The notes under the pieces are model-generated. The model made no database searches. It was not told the origin of the DNA and was given only the letters and a program-made list of their open reading frames with translations. Positions 6,397 to 13,007 of a stretch of DNA of 41,033 nt are shown one piece after another. Each line of letters starts with the position of its first letter. Position 1 is the stretch's first letter. The position numbers and the translations under genes are program-made. The stretch is from an uncultured Candidatus Saccharibacteria bacterium (GTDB lineage Bacteria > Patescibacteriota > Minisyncoccia > Phycocordibacterales > SBAW01): positions 13,988 to 55,020 of the forward strand of contig CAYIHD010000002.1 of the NCBI GenBank assembly GCA_964363205.1, in the 5' to 3' direction.

Positions 6397-8529
6397 TTAC
6401 TTAGCGACGGCAAGCGCCTCCTCAAATTTGACCGACAGGAGTTTGGACGCGCCGTCGGCGCCCATGGTGATGCCGTAGAGCACGCCGGCGCGGGACATGG
6501 TCTCGCGGTTGTGGGTTATCAAAATCAACTGCGACTTCCGCGACAGTTTTTCTATCATATCGCCGTAGCGCCGCGAGTTGGCCTCGTCGAGCGCGGCGTC
6601 GGTCTCATCCAGTATCAAAAACGGCGGCGGGTTGACCTGCGACATCGCAAAGATAAGCGCGATAGAGGTGAGCGCGCGCTCGCCGCCCGAGAGCATATGC
6701 AGACCCTTGATGCGCTTGTGCGGCAGGGAGATATTTATTTCGATCCCCTCCTGTGTTTCTATATTTTCTTCATCATCCGCCGCCTCGGCTCTGAACTTCT
6801 GCTCTTTAGTAATCTCAAGCGACGCGGTGCCGCCGCCGAACATCAGCTTAAACAGCTCGCTGAACTCTTTGTTTATCAGGCCGATGCCGTCGCCAAAGCG
6901 CGTCTCGAGCGTTTTTGTCAGTTCGTCTATAAGAGTGCGCAGCGATGCGGCGCTTGCCTCCAGGTCGGCGAGCTCGCGCTCTAAAAAGCTGTCGCGCTCC
7001 ACGGTTTCCCGGTGCTCTTTAATAATCTCGCCGCTGTTGCCTAAGCCCGCTTCCTCCAAACGGATTTTGAGGCGCTCCAACTTGCGGCGGCGGTCCTCTT
7101 GGGCAGAGCGCGGCTCGTCCTCAAAAACAACCTCCGCTTTTTCATACTCAGGAATGCGGCCCGTAAGCACGCTCGCCTCCCGCAACTCCTCCTTAAAACG
7201 CGCCTCTTCTGCCGCAAAAATCTCCTCCCGCGCCCGCAGAGCCGAGAGAACGGCCTCCAGCTCGCTGCGGCGTGCCATCGCGGCAAAGAGCTCGCGCTCC
7301 GCGTCGCGGCCGGCATCCTTCTCGCTCTCTATTTTTTTGCGCAAAGCGGCGACCTCTTTGTGCACGTGTTCCTCCTCGGTCTGCAGATTTTTTAGCTCAT
7401 GTTCGAGCTTTTTCTTTTTTTCCTCCAGATGCGCGGGGTCTTCGCGGCGGGCGGCATCAACAAGCTTTTGCAAAAATCCGCGCGCAAGCGCGATGAGCTC
7501 TGCAAGCTTCGAACCCTCGGCCAGTTTTAAAATCTGCTCGCCGAAGTCGCGCGCCTCTGCAGCCGGCACGGTGCCGCCGGCCTCGCCCGCGATGCGGGCA
7601 TGCGCGCGCAGCTCGCCCTCGATGCTCCCCAGCTCGCGGAGCATGGTCTCGCGCCGCCGCGCTGTATCGCGTCCGCGGCTCTCCAGTCCTATCAGCTCGC
7701 CGGTGCCGGCGTCATTTTTTTTGCTTAAGCTCGCGCGCAGATGCTCTATTTTTTTACCCAGCCCGGCATGCTCGCTCTTTGGTCCGCGCTCTTCGTTAAG
7801 GACCGCGCGTTCCGTCTGCAAGTGGACGCTCTCGCGCTTGAGGTACTCGGCATATGCCACAGACAGGTCGTCGCGCAGTTTTTGCGCATCCTCTATTTTT
7901 TTAACCTGCGAGGAAAGAAACTTAAGGTGGGGCGCAAGCTCGCGGCGCAGAGCCGCCACCTCGCGCATGTTCTCGCCCGTCTTATCCAGTTTGCGCTCCG
8001 CTTCCTCGCGCTTGTACAAAAACGCGGTCAGGCCCAGCGCGTCTTCTATCATCTCCCGGCGCTCGCGCGCGGAAGACGAGAGTATACGGTCCGCCTCGCC
8101 CTGCGAAATAATATGATGTCCAGACGCGCCGATGTTTGCCTGGCTCAAAAGCTCGGACACGTCGCGCAGGCGCACCTGCGAACCGTTCAACAAATAGTCG
8201 TTGACGCCGCCGCGATGCACGACGCGCTCGATAGACACCTCGTCAAAGTCCAAGTTCAGCGCGCGGTCGGCGTTGTCGAATACCAGCTTTACTCCCGCGC
8301 GCCCCGCGCGCGGCGAGCTTCCCGAACCGTTCCATATCAAATCCTCGCCGCGCTTGCCGCGCATGCTCTTCATCGACTGCTCGCCGAGCACAAAGCGGAA
8401 CGACTCCGCAATGTTGGACTTGCCCGAGCCGTTCGGGCCGACAATCGAGGTAATAGACGTGCTGAAATCGAGCGCCGTTTTTTTGGCAAAAGACTTAAAC
8501 CCCGATAGTTCTATCGATTTCAGCCGCAT
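6397..8529 (-). CDS. smc: SMC-family chromosome segregation ATPase, short form (710 aa)
   Basis: N-terminus MRLKSIELSGFKSFA...GPNGSGKSN. C-terminus LSGGERALTSIALIFA...FLILDETDAALD. Long heptad-rich middle region. Start is ATG 8529. Confidence 0.88.
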   Translation of the reverse strand: MRLKSIELSGFKSFAKKTALDFSTSITSIVGPNGSGKSNIAESFRFVLGEQSMKSMRGKRGEDLIWNGSGSSPRAGRAGVKLVFDNADRALNLDFDEVSIERVVHRGGVNDYLLNGSQVRLRDVSELLSQANIGASGHHIISQGEADRILSSSARERREMIEDALGLTAFLYKREEAERKLDKTGENMREVAALRRELAPHLKFLSSQVKKIEDAQKLRDDLSVAYAEYLKRESVHLQTERAVLNEERGPKSEHAGLGKKIEHLRASLSKKNDAGTGELIGLESRGRDTARRRETMLRELGSIEGELRAHARIAGEAGGTVPAAEARDFGEQILKLAEGSKLAELIALARGFLQKLVDAARREDPAHLEEKKKKLEHELKNLQTEEEHVHKEVAALRKKIESEKDAGRDAERELFAAMARRSELEAVLSALRAREEIFAAEEARFKEELREASVLTGRIPEYEKAEVVFEDEPRSAQEDRRRKLERLKIRLEEAGLGNSGEIIKEHRETVERDSFLERELADLEASAASLRTLIDELTKTLETRFGDGIGLINKEFSELFKLMFGGGTASLEITKEQKFRAEAADDEENIETQEGIEINISLPHKRIKGLHMLSGGERALTSIALIFAMSQVNPPPFLILDETDAALDEANSRRYGDMIEKLSRKSQLILITHNRETMSRAGVLYGITMGADGASKLLSVKFEEALAVAK

Positions 8530-8536
8530 CCCCCTT

Positions 8537-8542
8537 ATTCTA
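8537..8542 (-). promoter_or_regulatory. -10 box TAGAAT, 7 nt upstream of the smc ATG
   Basis: Minus strand reads CTTGCTAGAATAAGGGGGATG. Confidence 0.4.
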
Positions 8543-8547
8543 GCAAG

Positions 8548-8570
8548 AAAAAAGCCCCGCTGTATGCGGG
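8548..8570 (-). terminator. intrinsic terminator after the YbjN-like gene
   Basis: Minus strand reads CCCGC-ATACA-GCGGG, then GC, then T6. Confidence 0.5.
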
Positions 8571-8579
8571 ACCTGACAC

Positions 8580-9062
8580 CTATGCCTCGCCCTCGACCGT
8601 GGAGAGGGCATGCACGGCATCGAGCGATTCTTTGCCCGATTTGCCCGCCCAAAGGACGTAGTTGAAAGCCGGATAATGCGTTTCGCAGTCGTCTACCGCA
8701 GTCTGCAGCAGTTGCGCGCATTGCTCCGAAGTCGGCCGGAGTTCTCCGGGAAATAGTAGTCCGTGGCGGAAAAGGACAAGCCCTTTCTCCGGCCACAGGT
8801 CAAAATGTCCAACCCATAGTTTTTGGTTGATAAGACTGATGAGTTCCTTTGTCTGCGTGAGGCGGTGAGGCACCACCTTCAGTTCAAAACTGCAGGCAAG
8901 ATGCAGGACATTTGTTTCCGGTAACCAGGTAAACGAAACCTGGTAGTCGGCCCACTTCCCCGTTGCCACAATTGATATTTCATCCTGGTCATCGCGCTCG
9001 AACGGCCAGTCATTATTTTGAGCCAGAGTTTCAACCACACTCAGCGGATCATTGCCGGACAT
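8580..9062 (-). CDS. YbjN-domain-like protein (160 aa)
   Basis: ATG 9062 follows a GGAGG SD. The sequence (NDWPFER...LHLACSFELKV...LINQKLWVGHFDLW...FRH...YPAFNYVLWAGKS) matches my memory of the conserved alphaproteobacterial YbjN-domain family. Confidence 0.7.
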   Translation of the reverse strand: MSGNDPLSVVETLAQNNDWPFERDDQDEISIVATGKWADYQVSFTWLPETNVLHLACSFELKVVPHRLTQTKELISLINQKLWVGHFDLWPEKGLVLFRHGLLFPGELRPTSEQCAQLLQTAVDDCETHYPAFNYVLWAGKSGKESLDAVHALSTVEGEA

Positions 9063-9111
9063 GGAACCTCCTGCTTTTTTGAGATTCGGAACCTCTAATA
9101 CCACTCTCGCA

Positions 9112-9801
9112 TTACCACCCCTTTTTGTCGAGGGCTTCGCGCGCGGCGGACTGCTCGGCCTCCTGTTTTGATTTGCCGTCGCCTTCCGCCACAAGCTTGT
9201 CTTTGACGTACACGCCGACGATAAAGTGTTTGTCGTGGTCGGGGCCCGTCTCGCGCAGCACCGCGTAGCTGGGCGTCACGCCGTCTACCTCCTGCACCTT
9301 TTCCTGCAGGGCCGATTTGGCGTCCTGCCAGAGGCGCTGTTTGACTATCTCCTCTATTTTTGGAAAGAGGTTCTTGCCGATAAATTTTTTAGCCTCGTCG
9401 TACCCTTGGTCTATATAAATCGCGCCGACCAGCGCCTCGAACGCGTTAGCCAGCAGGATATTGCGCGCGCGGCCGGTGTCTTTGGCCTCGCCGCGCGACA
9501 ACAGAAGAAAGTCGTTCATGCCGATGTTGTTCGCCACTTCGGCGCAGGTGACCGCGTTGACCAGTGCGGCGCGGTAGGCGGTCAGGTCGCCCTCCGCGTG
9601 CTGCGGATATTTTTCGTACAAAAAGTGCGTGGCAATGAGCTCGAGCACCGCATCGCCCAAAAACTCGAGCCGCTCGTTGTGGCCGGTAACCTCGCCGCGA
9701 TGCTCGTTGATGTAGGAACGGTGCGTAAAAGCCTGACGCAAAAGCGCCGGGTCGTTGAACTGCAGCCCGAGCTCGGACTGGAATGTATTAAAGTCTTTCA
9801 T
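9112..9801 (-). CDS. rnc: ribonuclease III
   Basis: Signature ERLEFLGDAVLEL, plus a C-terminal dsRBD (GPDHDKHF...GKSKQEAEQSAA). Confidence 0.95.
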   Translation of the reverse strand: MKDFNTFQSELGLQFNDPALLRQAFTHRSYINEHRGEVTGHNERLEFLGDAVLELIATHFLYEKYPQHAEGDLTAYRAALVNAVTCAEVANNIGMNDFLLLSRGEAKDTGRARNILLANAFEALVGAIYIDQGYDEAKKFIGKNLFPKIEEIVKQRLWQDAKSALQEKVQEVDGVTPSYAVLRETGPDHDKHFIVGVYVKDKLVAEGDGKSKQEAEQSAAREALDKKGW

Positions 9802-9806
9802 GGTAT

Positions 9807-10709
9807 TTATTTTGTAAGTTTTGCGACTGCTTTTTGTATAAGAGGAAGCATGTCTTCGTAAAAGTTGAGTTCGAGCGCGTCTGCGAGCCTAAACCAGCGC
9901 GCGTCGTCCAGCCCGCCCTTTTGCTCGAGCTTGACCTCGGCAAACGGCGACTCCGCCAAAAAGTAGGTGACGTGCTTGCGCTTTTTGCCGGTCGCCGGGT
10001 CGCTCGCGACGTACTCGTTCTCCCCTATCTTTTCGATAATTTTTATATCAAGGCCGAGCTCTTCTTTTATCTCGCGGATGGTGCCCTCCTCTGTTGTTTC
10101 CTTGGCTATCTCCGGAGCATCGCCGATTTTGCCCTTGCTTAAAGTCCAGTGGCCGAAGATGTCATGCACCAGCGCCACATAGACATCCTTGCCCTGCTTG
10201 GCGTAGACGACCGCGCCGCCGAGGCGCTGGACCGGCATGTCGGCATACGGTATGTCCTTTTTCTTTTTTGAGACCTCGTCTTTGCCGGGCTCGCCGAGCT
10301 CTTTGTACACGGCGCCCAAGACGCCGTTGACGAAGCGGCCGGAATTCTCCCCGCCGAAGCTTTTCGCGAGCTCTATGGCTTCGTTGATGGCCACCTTGGC
10401 GGGCACCGCCGCGCGGTCGGCAAAAAGCAGTTCATACAGCCCTAACCGCAGTACATTGCGGTCTACCGGCGCAATGCGCTCGAGCGGCCATTCCGGAGCG
10501 GCTTTAGTTATAACAAGGTCGAGGTCGGTTTGCCGGCCGATTGCGCCGGTGAGCAAAGCTTCCATAAAAGGAAGGTCGCCGGCGGCAGGAGCAAACTCGC
10601 TGACGTTGCGGCGCAGGGCGTCACGGGCAGTATCAGGCGGCAATGAACGGAAGTCCCACTCAAAGAGTGTTTGGAGAACGACTGAGCGTGAGAGGTGCCT
10701 GTTGGCCAT
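9807..10709 (-). CDS. nusB: NusB-like antitermination factor fused to a C-terminal Nudix hydrolase domain
   Basis: Residues ~1-140 are NusB-like (AINEAIELAKSFGGENSGRFVNGVLG). The C-terminal half carries a Nudix box, E-x7-REIKEELGL. Confidence 0.85.
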   Translation of the reverse strand: MANRHLSRSVVLQTLFEWDFRSLPPDTARDALRRNVSEFAPAAGDLPFMEALLTGAIGRQTDLDLVITKAAPEWPLERIAPVDRNVLRLGLYELLFADRAAVPAKVAINEAIELAKSFGGENSGRFVNGVLGAVYKELGEPGKDEVSKKKKDIPYADMPVQRLGGAVVYAKQGKDVYVALVHDIFGHWTLSKGKIGDAPEIAKETTEEGTIREIKEELGLDIKIIEKIGENEYVASDPATGKKRKHVTYFLAESPFAEVKLEQKGGLDDARWFRLADALELNFYEDMLPLIQKAVAKLTK

Positions 10710-10781
10710 GGTTATGTAAGAGAACGAACCGGGGAACCTATACTAACGATGCAAAACTCAATGCCGAACTATGCGGTCGGA

Positions 10782-11015
10782 CTACTTCGACGCCTGAGCT
10801 TTGTCTCCTTTCTTGGCGCGGCGGGCAGATTTGGCCGCGGCCTTTGCCGCGAAGTCCGTAACCACCCTGCCACGGTAGCGGCCGCATGCGGCGCATGCGC
10901 GGTGGGACACCCGGGGAGCCCCGCACTCGCATACCGCGAGCTTTTGGGCCACGAGCGCGTGGTGCGAACGGCGGTTTGCCGTGTGCGCACGCGTATGTCT
11001 CATCCTTACTACCAT
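10782..11015 (-). CDS. rpmF: 50S ribosomal protein L32
   Basis: RRSHHAL...CECG...H..C..CG.Y.G. The ATG at 11015 lies 6 nt after TGcTAGGGT. An alternative ATG is at 11003. Confidence 0.88.
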   Translation of the reverse strand: MVVRMRHTRAHTANRRSHHALVAQKLAVCECGAPRVSHRACAACGRYRGRVVTDFAAKAAAKSARRAKKGDKAQASK

Positions 11016-11021
11016 ACCGAT

Positions 11022-11030
11022 ACCCTAGCA
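11022..11030 (-). promoter_or_regulatory. extended -10 box TGCTAGGGT, 6 nt upstream of the rpmF ATG
   Basis: Minus strand reads TGCTAGGGTATCGGTATG. Confidence 0.4.
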
Positions 11031-11040
11031 TATAGGCCAT

Positions 11041-11078
11041 AAAAAGTAAAAACCCGCCCGTGCATTGTGCAGGGCGGG
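11041..11078 (-). terminator. intrinsic terminator
   Basis: CCCGCCC...GGGCGGG stem with an inner TGCA/TGCA extension. On the minus strand it is followed by TTTTTACTTTTT. Confidence 0.65.
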
Positions 11079-11084
11079 GGTAGG

Positions 11085-11345
11085 TTAGGCGTGAGCGGCT
11101 GCTTCTTCTTTTTGTGTGTACAGACCGCAGGCGGCGATGGTGAACGGTGCCGGAATCCAGCCCATGTCTTTGCGCTTGGAGCAAATCGCGTGGCCGGTTG
11201 CCGGACACACGGTATATTTGTGCACCTTGCACGAAGCGCACAAGACTGATTTTCCTTCCTTTTTCGCCTTTTTCATCCGAGCTCGAGACTCCACACAAAT
11301 TGGCTCCCGAGCTAAAGGCTTCTTCGGTAATTCTTCTTTCTGCAC
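11085..11345 (-). CDS. hypothetical Cys-rich small protein (86 aa from GTG 11345, or 63 aa from ATG 11276)
   Basis: Open frame followed directly by a strong terminator. No recognisable family. Confidence 0.45.
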   Translation of the reverse strand: MQKEELPKKPLAREPICVESRARMKKAKKEGKSVLCASCKVHKYTVCPATGHAICSKRKDMGWIPAPFTIAACGLYTQKEEAAAHA

Positions 11346-11400
11346 GGTACTTCCCTAGAGTCTGACTGTTTCTTTTTACGCGGCTGCTACTAACCGCCTG

Positions 11401-12000
11401 CTATTGTGCCTCGCTTTCTATCATCTTGCAATACGAGCGGCGGTGGATATCGCACAGGCCGAATGTGTTGATTGCCTCCATATGTTTTTTGGTGCCGTAG
11501 CCTTTGTGCCGCGCAAAATCATACTCGGGATATTTTTTAGAAATTTTTTTCATAAACCGGTCGCGTTCGACCTTTGCCGCGATTGACGCCAGCGATATTT
11601 CCGGCTCGTTTTCATCGCCGCGGATAATTGTTTTTTGTCTGTACTCTTTTGGAGCACTCAGTAATCCGTCTAACAACACCTCTACCGTGCGATGTTTTGG
11701 CGCCAAGGTTCTCACTCCAAAATGTACCGCGCGCGCTACAGATTTTGTGATTCCCTTTTTATCAATAACCCGATGCGAAGAAAAGACTACGATAAACGCT
11801 AGTCTTTTCGACTTCACCAAAACTTGCATCTTTGCGTAAATCTCCTCTCTCTTCTTTTCTGAAAGTTTTTTTGAGTCCTTGAGGCCCGGAAAATGCCGGG
11901 CAAAATCGAACGTGGCCGCGACAGCCACGACACCGACCGCAACCGGCCCGGCAAGAGGCCCCCGCCCCGCCTCATCCACCCCTATAATGACGCGCGCCAT
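11401..12000 (-). CDS. rnhB: ribonuclease HII
   Basis: IIGVDEAGRGPLAGPV N-terminal motif. 199 aa. Confidence 0.93.
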   Translation of the reverse strand: MARVIIGVDEAGRGPLAGPVAVGVVAVAATFDFARHFPGLKDSKKLSEKKREEIYAKMQVLVKSKRLAFIVVFSSHRVIDKKGITKSVARAVHFGVRTLAPKHRTVEVLLDGLLSAPKEYRQKTIIRGDENEPEISLASIAAKVERDRFMKKISKKYPEYDFARHKGYGTKKHMEAINTFGLCDIHRRSYCKMIESEAQ

Positions 12001-12007
12001 TGCCGTG

Positions 12008-12016
12008 AGTATAGCA
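12008..12016 (-). promoter_or_regulatory. extended -10 box TGCTATACT, 7 nt upstream of the rnhB ATG
   Basis: Minus strand reads TTTTTGCTATACTCACGGCAATG. No SD. Confidence 0.45.
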
Positions 12017-12048
12017 AAAAGAAAAAGGCGGCCATTTTCAGGCCGCCT
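12012..12048 (-). terminator. intrinsic terminator
   Basis: AGGCGGCC-N7-GGCCGCCT 8-bp stem, followed on the minus strand by TTTTTCTTTTT. Confidence 0.7.
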
Positions 12049-12051
12049 GCG

Positions 12052-12411
12052 TCACAATCCCAGTCGCCGCGCGACTTGCGCGGCAGTCAGGTACTCCGGG
12101 ACAGTAGTGCCGTACCTGACGGCATTGTGGAACTCCTGCTTGGGCTTATCGGGATATTCCTTTGACTCGTAAGACTCGTAAGCGAAGGGTGCGTCGGGAG
12201 GATTGCGTTCGCTCCAAACGACGCGCGTATAGATGTTGGGCATATATATGCCGGCCCCGCATCCAAGCACTATCTCGAGTATCGACGAATCGTGGCCCAT
12301 AACATGGACATACTCATTGAGTTCCACCGCATACTTAAACTTGGTATGGCCGCGGTCGGCGGTCACCAGCCTTTCGATCTCCTTACCCCAGGCCGCTATA
12401 AGTTCCTTCAT
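12052..12411 (-). CDS. hypothetical protein (119 aa)
   Basis: ATG is preceded by a GGAGG SD, and the gene has its own terminator. No family recognised. Confidence 0.7.
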   Translation of the reverse strand: MKELIAAWGKEIERLVTADRGHTKFKYAVELNEYVHVMGHDSSILEIVLGCGAGIYMPNIYTRVVWSERNPPDAPFAYESYESKEYPDKPKQEFHNAVRYGTTVPEYLTAAQVARRLGL

Positions 12412-12468
12412 AACGCCTCCGTCTGTTGTCTAAAGCCACACTACCCAAATTCGCCCGGGCGGGCAAGC

Positions 12469-12497
12469 AAAAGAAAAAACGGCCTTTTTAGGGGCCG
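12469..12497 (-). terminator. intrinsic terminator
   Basis: Minus strand reads CGGCC-N8-GGCCG followed by TTTTTTCTTTT. Confidence 0.5.
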
Positions 12498-12507
12498 CTT
12501 CGTTCGT

Positions 12508-12927
12508 TTAACCTTTGCTTCCGCCCATGCGCCACCAGGACCGCTCCGCCTTGAGATAGAAGGCAGCGGACAGCGCGAGGGCAAAGAGCGAAAAGGCGAG
12601 GATGATACTGAAGGCCAATCCTGAGATTGGCGACGGTTGTGGCACGGTGTAGACGAAGCTGCCCCCGACCACACCAATTGCACCGAGGAAACCGAATATA
12701 GTCGAGTCACGAAACGGCACCGGCGTTGTGTCGAAACGCTCCTTGAGCTTCCCTGCCGCGACGGATATTACCATCGGGATGATGACCATCTCGAAACCGT
12801 GTGCAACGAGAAGCTTCTGCACTTCGGCATTTTGCATCACGAAGATTTCGGCGCTGAGATAGACCGGAATCATCGCAAAGCCAAGATAACACCCGGCGGA
12901 TTCGATGAAATTTAGGAACGCCCTCAT
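12508..12927 (-). CDS. hypothetical integral membrane protein (139 aa, about 4 hydrophobic segments)
   Basis: ATG 12927 follows an AGGAG SD. The sequence contains multiple hydrophobic helices. Confidence 0.7.
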   Translation of the reverse strand: MRAFLNFIESAGCYLGFAMIPVYLSAEIFVMQNAEVQKLLVAHGFEMVIIPMVISVAAGKLKERFDTTPVPFRDSTIFGFLGAIGVVGGSFVYTVPQPSPISGLAFSIILAFSLFALALSAAFYLKAERSWWRMGGSKG

Positions 12928-12993
12928 GGCACACTCCTTTGCGGTTGCTTCTAGCACCACAATAGCGCCGTTCGCTCAAGGGAGCAAGGGCGG

Positions 12994-13003
12994 AGTATAC
13001 TCA
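12994..13003. promoter_or_regulatory. palindromic -10 region GAGTATACTC; TATACT lies 6 nt upstream of the dnaE ATG
   Basis: Plus strand has TATACT (12996-13001), CATTTT, then ATG 13008. The palindrome also places TATACT on the minus strand, facing the 12508..12927 gene. Confidence 0.4.
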
Positions 13004-13007
13004 TTTT

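Noticed and set aside
8530-8796. Upstream extensions of track ORFs. Examples are smc to 8796, the YbjN-like gene to 9194, fba to 39426, the kinase from 38852, capA to 33402 and pheT to 27036.
   Set aside because: The extensions are R/P/A-rich and overlap neighbouring genes or terminators. They also precede the positions where the conserved N-terminal motifs and promoter or SD signals begin.
10695-11298. ORFs of 115 and 186 aa overlapping rpmF on both strands.
   Set aside because: The L32 frame has the diagnostic Cys-knuckle and basic N-terminus. The others are R-rich shadow frames that cross a terminator.
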